Both the position numbers and the translations under genes were made by a program. This document shows positions 1 through 10,657 of a DNA stretch of 64,000 bases, in pieces (the first letter of the stretch is position 1; each line of letters begins with the position of its first letter). The notes beneath the pieces are model-generated. The model did no database searches, was not told where the DNA came from, and worked only from the letters and a program-made list of their open reading frames with translations. This DNA comes from Bacteroidota bacterium (GTDB lineage Bacteria > Bacteroidota > Bacteroidia > Sphingobacteriales > Sphingobacteriaceae), in assembly GCA_040387995.1 (NCBI GenBank), contig JAZKCT010000055.1, positions 5,372-69,371 on the forward strand, given 5' to 3'.

Positions 1-2
1 CG

Positions 3-302
3 ATGAAAATGATCGAAGGAAACTGGCAGCCTGTATTCTGGGTCTATTATGATGACGCTAGACAGTTGCTTAGCACAAAACGTATGATTAATCCCGGAAA
101 CGATGCATCAACATTGACATTCGATGATTTTTTTGTCAGAAGGTTGTTCTATAGTTACATCATCAAGGAAACAAATCCCGGAAATAAAAATATTATTGAC
201 ATGCTGGGATTAAGCGATCCTAAGGACCCAAAAAAACTATATGAATCTGAGCGGATCAAGAAATCGATTTCGGATTATGAGCAGAGCCTTTGGGAGTATT
301 AA
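3..302 (+). CDS. gldN: Gliding motility/T9SS protein GldN (PorN), C-terminal part, truncated by window start
   Basis: Motif PVFWVYY...NDASTLTFDDFFVRRLFYSYIIKE...E+IK..I.DYEQSLWEY is typical of the GldN C-terminus. Confidence 0.75.
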   Translation: MKMIEGNWQPVFWVYYDDARQLLSTKRMINPGNDASTLTFDDFFVRRLFYSYIIKETNPGNKNIIDMLGLSDPKDPKKLYESERIKKSISDYEQSLWEY

Positions 303-324
303 TCGCTAATTAATATTTATTTGT

Positions 325-394
325 CGTCATCTCGACTTTAGGAGTCTCTTGAACCAAATTCAGACAAGAGATCTCTCCTAAAGTCGAGATGACG
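325..394. repeat. REP-like palindromic element, copy 1
   Basis: Perfect 20-bp inverted repeat CGTCATCTCGACTTTAGGAG (325-344) / CTCCTAAAGTCGAGATGACG (375-394), plus inner TCTCTTG/CAAGAGA; lies between convergent gldN and uvrC. Confidence 0.85.
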
Positions 395-417
395 TGTTTT
401 ATGACTCCTTTTTTGGG

Positions 418-2214
418 CTATTCGGAGAAATATTGTAGAAGTGTCTGTACCTGCTTTTTATTCAATACTGTAGTAAGTTCAGCCTCAGTGGCTTCTTTTA
501 TCTTTTTAACGGACTTAAAATGTCGGAGCAGTTTGTCTGCCGTAGTTTTTCCAATTCCAGGAATTACTTCTAATTCCGTTTTTAGCGTCCCCTGATCCCG
601 CTTTTTTCTGTGGAAGGTAATTCCGAAACGATGTGCCTCATCCCGCAGTTGCTGGATTATCTTCAGGGTTTCAGATTTTTTATCTAAATACAGCGGATAG
701 GAATCACCCGGATAGTACAGTTCCTCCAGTCTTTTTGCGATGCCAATGACGGTGACCCTTTTCTCTATGCCAAGCTTTGCCAGACTCGTCATGGCAGAGG
801 AAAGCTGCCCCTTACCTCCATCAATGATAATCAGTTGAGGCAATGTATCCTCTTCTTCCAACATGCGCTTATATCGCCTGTAAACCGCTTCTTCCATCGT
901 CGCAAAATCATTTGGTCCTTCAACTGTCTTAACATTGAAATGCCTGTAGTCTTTTTTGGAAGGTTTAGCATCTTTGAATACGACAATTGCAGATACCGGA
1001 TATTTTCCCTGAAAATTGGAGTTGTCAAAACACTCGATGTGTTTAGGCAGCTGGGTAAGTCTCAGGTCTTTTTGCATGGTGGATAGAATCCTGTCTGTAC
1101 GCAGATCCGGATTTAATTTTTCATATTGGTTGAGCTTATCCTTTTTAAAGAAGAGTACGTTCTTTTGTGAAAGCTCCAGTAATTTTTTCTTCTCACCCAA
1201 TTTAGGTACTGTGAATTTCAGATTTTCATCCACTAAAATGATTTCGAAAGGGACAATGATTTCCCTGGATGTGCTGTGAAATTTGGTCCTAAATTCGGTA
1301 ATGGCAATGGTCAGCAATTCTTCATCAGTTTCATCCAAACGCTTTTTGATCTCGATGGTCTGGGTCTGAATGATGCTGCCATTCATGACTTTCAAATAAT
1401 TGACGAAGGCGTAGCGTTCATCTGAAGCGATGCTCACCACATCGATATTAGTGATTGCGCTGTTTACAACTGTTGATTTGCTCTGATATTTTTCAAGTAC
1501 CTGAAGTTTGCGCTGGTACTGGTGTGCATATTCAAAATTGAGCTGATCTACCGCATTTTTGATGGTTTGCTTAACACTTCGGATGACATTGCCGATTTTT
1601 CCATTGAGGATATCCTTGATCTCCTCGATACTGTTGTCATAGTCTTCCAGTGTTTGGTAGGCCTGACAAGGTCCTTTGCAGTTGCCGATCTGGAATTCGA
1701 GGCAAACCTTAAATTTGCCCCCTTCAATATTAGCCGGTGTTAGCGGAAGGTTACAAGTTCTCAGTGGATAGGTCTCCTTGATCAGGTCGAGTATGGTATG
1801 CATCATGCCTACAGATGCATAAGGGCCAAAATAGGTAGAGCCGTCTTTTACCATTTTCCGGGTCCAGAACACCCTTGGGAATGCTTCTTTTTTGATGATG
1901 ATCCAGGGATAAGTCTTGTCATCTTTGAGCATGATGTTGTACCTGGGCTGGTGTTTCTTGATGAGGCTGTTCTCCAGCAACCAGGCATCGATTTCAGTAT
2001 CAACAATGGTAAAGGTTATCTTTCTGATGCGGGAAACCAGAACCTTTGTTTTCCCGTTCATCTGGTTGTCCTTATTGAAATAAGAGCCAACACGATTGCG
2101 GAGGTCTTTGGCTTTGCCGATATAGATCAGCGTTCCGTCTGTATCCCAGTATTGGTAAACACCAGGCTTATGAGGAATATCTGCCAGTACCTTTTTATGA
2201 TCGAATACACTCAT
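418..2214 (-). CDS. uvrC: Excinuclease ABC subunit C
   Basis: N-terminal GIY-YIG (PGVYQY...IYIGKAKDLRNRV), RNase H-like domain (IECFDNSN, DGGKGQL, RDEAHRFGITFHR), C-terminal HhH. Confidence 0.97.
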   Translation of the reverse strand: MSVFDHKKVLADIPHKPGVYQYWDTDGTLIYIGKAKDLRNRVGSYFNKDNQMNGKTKVLVSRIRKITFTIVDTEIDAWLLENSLIKKHQPRYNIMLKDDKTYPWIIIKKEAFPRVFWTRKMVKDGSTYFGPYASVGMMHTILDLIKETYPLRTCNLPLTPANIEGGKFKVCLEFQIGNCKGPCQAYQTLEDYDNSIEEIKDILNGKIGNVIRSVKQTIKNAVDQLNFEYAHQYQRKLQVLEKYQSKSTVVNSAITNIDVVSIASDERYAFVNYLKVMNGSIIQTQTIEIKKRLDETDEELLTIAITEFRTKFHSTSREIIVPFEIILVDENLKFTVPKLGEKKKLLELSQKNVLFFKKDKLNQYEKLNPDLRTDRILSTMQKDLRLTQLPKHIECFDNSNFQGKYPVSAIVVFKDAKPSKKDYRHFNVKTVEGPNDFATMEEAVYRRYKRMLEEEDTLPQLIIIDGGKGQLSSAMTSLAKLGIEKRVTVIGIAKRLEELYYPGDSYPLYLDKKSETLKIIQQLRDEAHRFGITFHRKKRDQGTLKTELEVIPGIGKTTADKLLRHFKSVKKIKEATEAELTTVLNKKQVQTLLQYFSE

Positions 2215-2232
2215 AAGGCCGTATCAGATTAA

Positions 2233-4458
2233 TTAAAATCCAAGCTTTTCATCCAGTTCAGTGCTTTGATCCTGCTGTTGCTGATACTGGTTGCAATCGT
2301 AGATAATGGATACTCCGTTTTTCGGAGGCTCGAAATCTGCCTGATTAATTTTGAGTTTTGGATTTGAATATACACGTTTCATAAACCCTGCGAAAATCGG
2401 CAGGGCAGTGGTCGCTCCGTCACCTTGTGCGGTGCTGGTGAAGTGAAATGCACGGTCTTCGCAACCTGTCCACACTCCGGCAACGAGTTGTGGGCTAATG
2501 CCCATAAACCAACCATCAGAATTGTTTTGCGTTGTACCGGTTTTTCCACCTATAGGTGCCTTTACTCCATATTTGTTTGACAAGCGCCAACCTGTACCAC
2601 TGGTGATCACGCCCCGGAGCATCCTTGTCATGATATAGGCGACTTCTTCATTCATTGCAGGTACGGGAATTGGTTTTTCACTGTGAAGAACTACTCCGTT
2701 TTTATCTTCAATCCTTAAAATGTAAGTAGGTTTTGTCCAGACACCTTTGTTGGCGAAAGTACTGTAAGCACCAACCATATCGTACACAGATGCATCAAAA
2801 GAACCTAAGGCAATGGAAGGATAGGCAGGAACGTCAGTCGTGATGCCCATCTTTTTAGCCAGGGTAGACACAGCGGTTGGACCGACCTGTTTCATGAGGT
2901 AGGCGGCAATGTAGTTCTGAGATAAAGCGAGGCCTTTTTGTAAGGTCAGATAGCCCGGAACTGTACCGCTCGAACGTGGGGTCCATGGTTCGCTGCCCGG
3001 GACTTCAATTGTGACGGGCTCATTGAGAACTGTATAGCAGGGAGAATAGCCATTTTCTACTGCCACGGCATAAGTAAAAGGCTTTGCAGTAGAACCAACT
3101 TGTCTGGTTCCCATTTTTACCTGGTCGTATTTGAAATGTTCATAGTTGATCCCGCCGACCCAGGCTTTCACATAACCAGTCTGGGGATCCATGGCCATCA
3201 TTGCATTCCTGAGTAACATTTTGTAATATTTTACGGAGTCGATGGGTTTCATTACCGTATCAATATTGCCTTTCCAGGTAAAAATGGTCAGCTTGACAGG
3301 CGTGTTAAAATCTTCTTTGATCTCTTCTTCAGATTTGCCTTCGAGTTGCAGTGATTTGTACCTATCGGATCTCTTTACGCCCTGTTCGATCTGCATTTCC
3401 TTACCCTTAAAAGGATTTCTGCCTTTCCAACTCTTTAAAAATGAGGCCTGGAGGATCTTCATATATTCTTTTTGAGCCTCTTCTGCATATACCTGCATGT
3501 CGTAATTGAGTGTCGTTATGATGCGAAGCCCATCCCTGTCCAGATCATATGGAGTGCCGTCTGGTTTAGTGATGGAGCGCTCTTCGAATATCTTTTTGAT
3601 GTCGCTTTTAAGAACAGCTCTGAAATAAGGTGCTATACCTTCATTAACCGTAGCAGCACTAAACCTGAGGCCAAGGGGCTTCTCTTTTTCCTTTAGGTAA
3701 TCCTGTTCAGTTAGTTTCTCTGCTTTTACCATTAGTTCCATAATGGTATTCCGCCTGGCGAGCGAGCGGTCCGGGTTTCTGGTAGGTGAATACCGGGTGA
3801 TTCCTTTTAAGATTCCGACTAACGTAGCTGCCTGAGCGACACTAAGCTTGTCTGGGGTAGTATTGTAGTATACCCTTGCGGCAGATTTAATACCATAGGC
3901 CTGGTTGCCAAAGTCAACAGTATTGAGGTACATGACGATAATCTCCTGTTTGGTATAATTTCGTTCGAGTTTAACCGCGATTACCCACTCTTTGAACTTT
4001 TGGAGCATTCGTTTGACGATGTTCCGTTCCCTTCCTTCTTCTGAAAAAAGATTTAAGGCTAGTTGCTGGGTAATGGTACTTCCGCCTTGTTTTTTGCCGA
4101 TTAGATTGTAAAGAATGATGGTAAAAGTACGTTTGAAATCGATACCTGAATGCTCCAGGAAACGGATATCTTCAGTGGCAATCAATGCATTGATCACATT
4201 GGGGGATATTTCCGAATAGGCCACACTCGAGCGGTTTTGGACAAAGTAAGTGCCGAGAACCCTGCCGTCATCCGTAACAATTTCGGATGCCTGGTTGCTT
4301 TTTGGATGCTCAATATCCCTGAACGATGGCAGCTCACCGAACAGACCGAAGCCAATGGCAATGATGAAGAGTGCAAATAAAACCAGTGCCCCGATTAATA
4401 GCTTCCATAAGGTGTAATTGTACTTTCTGATCTCTACCTGCGAAAGTGGTTTCTTCAT
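2233..4458 (-). CDS. Class A penicillin-binding protein (PBP1A, transglycosylase + transpeptidase)
   Basis: N-terminal TM anchor, EDIRF..HSGID and GGSTITQQLA transglycosylase motifs, STAK, SQN and KTGT transpeptidase motifs. Confidence 0.93.
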   Translation of the reverse strand: MKKPLSQVEIRKYNYTLWKLLIGALVLFALFIIAIGFGLFGELPSFRDIEHPKSNQASEIVTDDGRVLGTYFVQNRSSVAYSEISPNVINALIATEDIRFLEHSGIDFKRTFTIILYNLIGKKQGGSTITQQLALNLFSEEGRERNIVKRMLQKFKEWVIAVKLERNYTKQEIIVMYLNTVDFGNQAYGIKSAARVYYNTTPDKLSVAQAATLVGILKGITRYSPTRNPDRSLARRNTIMELMVKAEKLTEQDYLKEKEKPLGLRFSAATVNEGIAPYFRAVLKSDIKKIFEERSITKPDGTPYDLDRDGLRIITTLNYDMQVYAEEAQKEYMKILQASFLKSWKGRNPFKGKEMQIEQGVKRSDRYKSLQLEGKSEEEIKEDFNTPVKLTIFTWKGNIDTVMKPIDSVKYYKMLLRNAMMAMDPQTGYVKAWVGGINYEHFKYDQVKMGTRQVGSTAKPFTYAVAVENGYSPCYTVLNEPVTIEVPGSEPWTPRSSGTVPGYLTLQKGLALSQNYIAAYLMKQVGPTAVSTLAKKMGITTDVPAYPSIALGSFDASVYDMVGAYSTFANKGVWTKPTYILRIEDKNGVVLHSEKPIPVPAMNEEVAYIMTRMLRGVITSGTGWRLSNKYGVKAPIGGKTGTTQNNSDGWFMGISPQLVAGVWTGCEDRAFHFTSTAQGDGATTALPIFAGFMKRVYSNPKLKINQADFEPPKNGVSIIYDCNQYQQQQDQSTELDEKLGF

Positions 4459-4459
4459 T

Positions 4460-7252
4460 TTAATAGTTGTTTTTGTAGAATTCCATGTATTTGTTTAACA
4501 GGTCTTTATTGGTCAGTTTTTCAAAGTTCTCTTTACTGACGATAAAGCTGCTGTAGACATTAACAGGAACCTTCATGATCTGTTTTAATTGAGCATCTAT
4601 CCCACTGGCATAGGATTTGGCATCTTCAAAATTACTAAAGTTCCCTACATAAATGAGCTGATCATTGTCAAATTCTTTTATTTGATGCTTTAGGTTGCTT
4701 CCTGAATAATTGCCACGATTGAACTGGCCAATGCCAAAACGGGATGAGCTTAACGTTAACGAGGCATCCGCTACGTCAATAACGTAATAATACACAGTAG
4801 ATTTAGCATTGCTAAACGGTCCCTCTGTCTTGATTTTTTCCGGAGCAACAATTGGAGCTGCAACCGGAGGATTAGGTAGCACTGGAGCTGCTAAGGGGTC
4901 TGTTTTTTTAACGATGTCAGAAACGACTGGCACGGGTGAGCCGACAGATTCCTGCTGTTGCGTAACCACCGTAGAAGTTGCTTTAGTGGCTGGTAGGAAG
5001 GGCGGTTCATTCGGGTCAAAATCCGTGATGGCTATTGGCCTCTTTTTTAATTCATCCAGATGTGCCATGATGTAAGACAAATGTGCCTTAACAAGAGGCG
5101 TAATCAATTTGTCTTCAGGGAACCGGAGGATGATGGAATCGAGGGACTGAATCAGCGCGTTTACATCAGCCGTACGTCCGATAGAAATTGCATTAAGATA
5201 GGCAAACTGCGGAGATAAAAGTCCCTGTGCTGTTTCAGGGCGACCTTTAATTTCTGCTATAACATTGCCGAATTCTTTGCTTGCATACTTGTCAAAAATG
5301 TCATTGTATTTTTTATTCAGCGCTGCCTCAAATTCAGATTGTTTTGCAGAGAAATTAGGATCTGGAATTGTTTTGGCGTAGATGGAGCCAGGAAATTCTG
5401 TGAGTACCTTGCTTTTAAATTCGTTTGATTTGGCCGGGTTTTTCTCTTTATTGATGAGAAATAAACTATAATAGACCGCAGGAAGGTGATTGTTGGACGG
5501 AAATCTTTTTACTAAGGTAGTATAAGTTTCTTCAGCTTCCTCCGGATCCTGAAGCTCCTGCAAATAAAAGCTGGCGATTTCGTAGTAAGCATCGATAATT
5601 TTTTGATTCGATTGGGTGAGTAAATCAGGAGTAACCGGCAGTGCGTCCGTATATTGCTTGACGAGAGTTGCCTTGTCTTTTACAAGAGGAAGTGCCTCGC
5701 CAGTTGCCGCTGGATCAGCAGCAATGCTGTTTGCGAGGTCCTGTGTAGTTTCCTGAGCGGAAGATCTCATGCTCTGACGCCAGTTGTTTTCCAATTTTCG
5801 GCCACCCCATTTTTTCTTAAAATCATTGAAACCGATACTGACTGCAGTTGGGTTACTGAAATAGAAAGAGTTTTGCGATTGATTTTTATTGCCTTGACTC
5901 GCACCAAAAGCCGCAGGCATGTTGGCGGAGGTATTGTTTTCATTTGGCTGTTGGGATGCTTGTACAGGCGGATTGGCCAATGCCTCTATCAACGGAGCCC
6001 GGCTCGCTTCTGGCTGCCTTGCAATATATTGTAGGGTATCTTCGGTAGCAATGATCTGGAGACGATTGGTCAGATAGGCCAGATTTTGCGTTTTTTTAGC
6101 AATCAAATCATATCCGGGGTAGCTTTTAGGCAGCGTAGCTATGGTACTGTCGTAATAGGATTTTGCCTCGGGATAATTTTTGAACTGTTTGAAATTCAGA
6201 TCTGCAATACGGAGGTAGGATAATCCTTTTTGATACAAATTGGCGGTACTCCGCTGGATAGAAAGCTGGTAGAATTTTTTTGCCTCATCGTATTCCTCCT
6301 TCGACGCATGTGCTTCGGCTACCTGGAAATAGATCTGATCATTATAATCTAAATTCTTATCGTCTTTTAACAAACTAAGCAATTCATCTTCGTTCGTTTT
6401 TCCTGTTTTGCCCTGCAAACCGCGCAGTTTGATCTGATTGAGGTTTGCATTGAAATACATTTCAAATGGCGCATTACTGCGCTCGACCTTTCTGTAGTTT
6501 TTTGATGCTTCGCCATAATTTTTCTGGCTTTCAAACAACTGACCAAGAATGTATGTCCATCTAATCTTATTTTGGTTCTCAGCATTTGATTTTACGGCAT
6601 CCTTAAGATAGGAAATGGCAGCTTCATTGTTTTTGAGATAGATGCACATCTGTGCCAGTGTAGCGAGCGGTTCTGATCGGTTTCTTTTGGCTTTTACAAT
6701 TGGCATAATGGCTTCCATCGTATCTAAAACCTGGTTGGCCTCTGCAATGCGTTTAAGTTGCATCAGGCTTCTTGCTTTCCAGTTGAGCGCTTCCAGATAG
6801 CTGCCTGTATTGTTTTTATACGTTTTAATGGTGTAGTCGAAATATTCTGCGGCGTTGAAATAGCTGCCGTTGTAAAAGTTTGCCTTGCCCAGCAAGAGAT
6901 AAGCATCATCAAGATAATTGCTATAGTTCTTTTCGAGGATAATGTTCTGGGCTTTTTTTATAATGTCGTCCATCGGCTTGAGATTTAAAGAGGCTCCAGG
7001 AAACGAACTGTCGTTTTCCGGTCCGAGATAAACCGGTAGAATTTGGTCATAATTATCTACGTAGGTTTCAGTAAGCTCTTGCTGGTGAGCCGAGAGTGTT
7101 GCTTTTGCATTGTACAAATAATTGTACCTGGCGGTAAGGTTTTGCAATGCTCTTGAAGTTGCGGTATCTCTTTGTGAACTGCATGAACAGATCATACATA
7201 GACCGAAGCTAAATAGTAGTATCTTTAAATTGCTTGTGGCGTGCTGTTTCAA
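4460..7252 (-). CDS. TPR-repeat lipoprotein, SprE/PorW-like (type IX secretion/gliding)
   Basis: Lipobox-like CSCS, NLTARYNYLYNA and YLDDAYLLLGKANFY motifs, many TPRs, WG.RKLENNWR motif; 1 bp from the PBP1A gene. Confidence 0.65.
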   Translation of the reverse strand: MKQHATSNLKILLFSFGLCMICSCSSQRDTATSRALQNLTARYNYLYNAKATLSAHQQELTETYVDNYDQILPVYLGPENDSSFPGASLNLKPMDDIIKKAQNIILEKNYSNYLDDAYLLLGKANFYNGSYFNAAEYFDYTIKTYKNNTGSYLEALNWKARSLMQLKRIAEANQVLDTMEAIMPIVKAKRNRSEPLATLAQMCIYLKNNEAAISYLKDAVKSNAENQNKIRWTYILGQLFESQKNYGEASKNYRKVERSNAPFEMYFNANLNQIKLRGLQGKTGKTNEDELLSLLKDDKNLDYNDQIYFQVAEAHASKEEYDEAKKFYQLSIQRSTANLYQKGLSYLRIADLNFKQFKNYPEAKSYYDSTIATLPKSYPGYDLIAKKTQNLAYLTNRLQIIATEDTLQYIARQPEASRAPLIEALANPPVQASQQPNENNTSANMPAAFGASQGNKNQSQNSFYFSNPTAVSIGFNDFKKKWGGRKLENNWRQSMRSSAQETTQDLANSIAADPAATGEALPLVKDKATLVKQYTDALPVTPDLLTQSNQKIIDAYYEIASFYLQELQDPEEAEETYTTLVKRFPSNNHLPAVYYSLFLINKEKNPAKSNEFKSKVLTEFPGSIYAKTIPDPNFSAKQSEFEAALNKKYNDIFDKYASKEFGNVIAEIKGRPETAQGLLSPQFAYLNAISIGRTADVNALIQSLDSIILRFPEDKLITPLVKAHLSYIMAHLDELKKRPIAITDFDPNEPPFLPATKATSTVVTQQQESVGSPVPVVSDIVKKTDPLAAPVLPNPPVAAPIVAPEKIKTEGPFSNAKSTVYYYVIDVADASLTLSSSRFGIGQFNRGNYSGSNLKHQIKEFDNDQLIYVGNFSNFEDAKSYASGIDAQLKQIMKVPVNVYSSFIVSKENFEKLTNKDLLNKYMEFYKNNY

Positions 7253-7360
7253 AAATAGAGATTAAGTTAATGCTGCTTATTAATATTAAGATATATACAA
7301 AAGTATTTTATTCGGCAATAAAATCTTAAGAAAAGATGTTTTATTTAGTGTTATTGAGAT

Positions 7361-7585
7361 ATGAACGAAACAGAGGATAAAAAACGGGCGGTTAATAATT
7401 TTGCCAGGTATTCTGCGATTAGTTTCCAGATGCTGGCAACCATTGGCGTGTTTGCCTTTGCAGGATATAAGATCGATCAGCAAAGAAACGCGAAGACCCC
7501 GCTTTGCACTGCAATTTTAAGCTTAATTGGTGTGGTCATATCACTGTATCAGGTTGTAAAGCAATTGAATAAAAACAGCCGCTGA
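7361..7585 (+). CDS. AtpZ/AtpI-family small membrane protein
   Basis: Two TM helices, GYKIDQ motif, first gene of the atp cluster. Confidence 0.75.
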   Translation: MNETEDKKRAVNNFARYSAISFQMLATIGVFAFAGYKIDQQRNAKTPLCTAILSLIGVVISLYQVVKQLNKNSR

Positions 7586-7610
7586 TTATTTAAAGCTGGG
7601 GGTAAATTCT

Positions 7611-7618
7611 TACTTTTG
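7611..7618 (+). promoter_or_regulatory. Bacteroidota primary sigma -7 promoter element
   Basis: TACTTTTG matches TAnnTTTG, 15 bp upstream of the next ORF. Confidence 0.55.
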
Positions 7619-7633
7619 TAAAAAATATAAATT

Positions 7634-8020
7634 TTGAGCATTCAAAGGTTCACCCTTTTTTATTTATTGTATTGCGTCTTCATTGCGCTGTTGGCTTATG
7701 CAATCCCATTAATTTTTCCCGGAACTGCGATTTTACTCGGAAAATTTTGGGTGGTCTATGGTTTTCTTGCCGGGGTCACATTTATAGCTTATGTTCTGGC
7801 TTATTTGGGCATTAAACGTAACCCTGAAGCCGGTGTGATGGCCATTATGGGTTCGATTGCATTGAAAATGATTTTTTCTATGGCTTTTGTGTTGATTTAC
7901 AGCTTGAAAGCTCATGAAAAGGGGATCGTGTTTGTACTGAACTTTTTTTCTTTATATTTATTGTTCAGCTTCTTTGAAATATACGCTTTGTTGTGTAACT
8001 TGCGCCACCAAAATAAATAG
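7634..8020 (+). CDS. Four-TM membrane protein of the atp operon (ATP synthase I-like accessory)
   Basis: Hydrophobic 128 aa ORF with TTG start, directly before atpB. Confidence 0.6.
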   Translation: MSIQRFTLFYLLYCVFIALLAYAIPLIFPGTAILLGKFWVVYGFLAGVTFIAYVLAYLGIKRNPEAGVMAIMGSIALKMIFSMAFVLIYSLKAHEKGIVFVLNFFSLYLLFSFFEIYALLCNLRHQNK

Positions 8021-8037
8021 TAAAAATCTGCGACTAA

Positions 8038-9198
8038 ATGGATTGTAGCCACGTTTTTGAGTTTAAAGTTAATAGGTTAATTGTTGTTTTTACGCTTTTT
8101 TTAGCGTTTTTTTCTGCTGCACCTGCTGCTTTTGCTCAGGAAGACACAGTTAATTCAGTAGCGCAAGCGCATCTGGAGGATACTGCGCATGTTGCTGAAG
8201 GCGGACATGCTGAGCAAAGTAAAAAGTTTGATATTGGTAAGTTCGCTTTGCACCATATTGCTGATTCGCACAGCTGGCATGTGATTGGTGAGACTTATAT
8301 TAGTCTACCGGTGATTTTGTATACTTCTAATGGCTTTGTCACTTTTAGTTCTGGTGATTTTAATCACGATGACGATGCGAAAGTTGTTGTAGAAAGAAAA
8401 GGCCTTCGTTTTGTGAAGCTGCATGAGAAAATTTATTATGCTTCGTCTGCTGCAAATGAACATGGTTCTTTTGTTGATCTTGATGAGAAGCACCATGCTT
8501 CTAATTCACGTCCTCTGGATCTTTCCATTACGAAGAACGTTTGTACGCTTTTTCTGTCGATCATTATCATACTTGCTGTGTTTCTTAATGTGGCTAAGGG
8601 CTATAGGGTTCGTAAGGGTAAATCTCCTAAAGGTTTGCAGTCCTGGATGGAGCCGATCATTCTTTTTGTCCGTGATGATATTGCCAAGCCTAACTTGGGT
8701 CATAAGTATGAGCGTTTCATGCCTTATTTACTGACCGTGTTTTTCTTTATCTGGTTTAACAATATGCTTGGTTTGGTTCCTTTTCTTCCGGGAGGAGCGA
8801 ATTTGACCGGGAATATTGCAGTAACTTTAGTTTTGGCAGTTGCAACTTTCTGTCTGACAGTATTCAATGGGAACAAATACTACTGGAAGCATATTTTCAT
8901 GCCGGATGTGCCCTGGTGGATGTATATCGTGATGGTTCCGGTTGAGCTTTTCGGTATTTTTACCAAGCCGATCGCATTGATGATTCGTTTGTTTGCAAAC
9001 ATCACTGCCGGCCACATTTTGGTGCTGTCGCTGATCTGTCTGGTTTTCGTTTTCAATAGTTTGTGGATTGCTCCTGTTTCTGTTGCGTTTGCTGTGTTCA
9101 TCGGTGCAATTGAATTGCTGGTTGCTTTTATCCAGGCCTTTATATTTACGATTTTGTCTGCCTTGTTTATCGGTATGGCAATTGAGGAACACCATTAA
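8038..9198 (+). CDS. atpB: F0F1 ATP synthase subunit a (long Bacteroidota form)
   Basis: ALMIRLFANITAGH with the conserved Arg, ELLVAFIQAFIF; N-terminal soluble extension. Confidence 0.96.
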   Translation: MDCSHVFEFKVNRLIVVFTLFLAFFSAAPAAFAQEDTVNSVAQAHLEDTAHVAEGGHAEQSKKFDIGKFALHHIADSHSWHVIGETYISLPVILYTSNGFVTFSSGDFNHDDDAKVVVERKGLRFVKLHEKIYYASSAANEHGSFVDLDEKHHASNSRPLDLSITKNVCTLFLSIIIILAVFLNVAKGYRVRKGKSPKGLQSWMEPIILFVRDDIAKPNLGHKYERFMPYLLTVFFFIWFNNMLGLVPFLPGGANLTGNIAVTLVLAVATFCLTVFNGNKYYWKHIFMPDVPWWMYIVMVPVELFGIFTKPIALMIRLFANITAGHILVLSLICLVFVFNSLWIAPVSVAFAVFIGAIELLVAFIQAFIFTILSALFIGMAIEEHH

Positions 9199-9224
9199 TA
9201 AGAATTATTTTTTAACAACAATAA

Positions 9225-9449
<225 letters not shown>

Positions 9450-9457
9450 AACTAATT

Positions 9458-9488
9458 TGTGCCAGGCATACGCCTGGCACATTTTTTT
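9458..9488 (+). terminator. Intra-operon hairpin with U-tract after atpE
   Basis: TGTGCCAGGC-ATAC-GCCTGGCACA followed by TTTTTTT. Confidence 0.7.
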
Positions 9489-9527
9489 GTTAAAGAAGAA
9501 GAAGATTATTTTATAATACATACGTAG

Positions 9528-10022
9528 ATGGAATTATTAGTACCTGAATTTGGATTGGTTATCTTGCAGACGATAGCTTTCTTATTGCTGATGTTTTTGT
9601 TGGCAAAATTCGCATGGAAGCCTGTTTTGGCGGCTATTAAAGAACGCGAGCAATCAATTGACGAAGCATTGAACAAAGCTGAACTGGCTAAACAGGAAAT
9701 GACGCGTTTGACTTCCCAGAACGAGGAATTAATGAAAGAGGCGCGTGCTGAACGTGACAGCATATTAAAAGAGGCAAAAAACCTTAAAGATAGTATTCTT
9801 CATGAGGCGAAAACTCAAGCCCATACCGAAGGTGCTAAATTAATTGAAAAAGCAAGGATTGAAATTGAAAATCAGAAGAAGGCTGCTTTAGCGGAACTTA
9901 AAACTCAGGTTTCGAGTTTGTCACTGGAGATTGCTGAACGTGTATTGCGCAGCCAACTGGATGATCAGGCCAAACAGCAGGATCTAGTAGCTAACCTTTT
10001 AAAAGACGTTGAACTGAACTAG
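9528..10022 (+). CDS. atpF: F0F1 ATP synthase subunit b
   Basis: Single N-terminal TM, KFAWKPVL..IKERE, long coiled coil. Confidence 0.95.
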   Translation: MELLVPEFGLVILQTIAFLLLMFLLAKFAWKPVLAAIKEREQSIDEALNKAELAKQEMTRLTSQNEELMKEARAERDSILKEAKNLKDSILHEAKTQAHTEGAKLIEKARIEIENQKKAALAELKTQVSSLSLEIAERVLRSQLDDQAKQQDLVANLLKDVELN

Positions 10023-10053
10023 TGTTTGGGTTTAATCAGATATAACGAAGATA

Positions 10054-10602
10054 ATGTCAGAAAACAAAGCAGCATCAAGATACGCCAAGTCGCTAATTGA
10101 TCTTTCCGTTGAGCAGAATGCACTGGAAGAAATCAAGAATGATATGGTTCTTTTAGATCAGGTAATTGATGGCAATCCTGAATTGGAGGCGATCCTGAAA
10201 AATCCAATAGTTCCCCTGGACAAGAAAGCCGGAATATTGGAGCAGGTTTTTGGCGCTCACGTTCATGCCGTGACCAATGCTTTTTTAAAGTTAGTGGTCA
10301 AAAAAGGCCGTTCTGCAATTTTATATGGAACTGCTAAGGCATTCATTGCACAATACAATTTAAGTAAGGGTATTGTGACTGCTGAAGTAACTTCGGCGAT
10401 CGGATTAACGGATGCAAATAGAACCGAGATCGTGGCGATTGTGAAGAAGGAAGCTGGTGCTAAGGAAGTGGTGATCAATGAGAAAGTCAATGAGAAACTG
10501 ATTGGAGGTTTTATACTAAAAGTTGGTGACAGGCAGTTTGATGCCAGCATTCTTCATGGATTGAATAAATTGAAAAAAGAATTTGCTCAGGGTATCGTTT
10601 AG
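10054..10602 (+). CDS. atpH: F0F1 ATP synthase subunit delta
   Basis: ASRYAKSL start, LIGGFILKVGDRQFDAS C-terminus. Confidence 0.95.
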   Translation: MSENKAASRYAKSLIDLSVEQNALEEIKNDMVLLDQVIDGNPELEAILKNPIVPLDKKAGILEQVFGAHVHAVTNAFLKLVVKKGRSAILYGTAKAFIAQYNLSKGIVTAEVTSAIGLTDANRTEIVAIVKKEAGAKEVVINEKVNEKLIGGFILKVGDRQFDASILHGLNKLKKEFAQGIV

Positions 10603-10657
10603 TCCTGGGAAATAGAAGATAACATATACTGATTTATAAAAGAAATAATATAAAATT

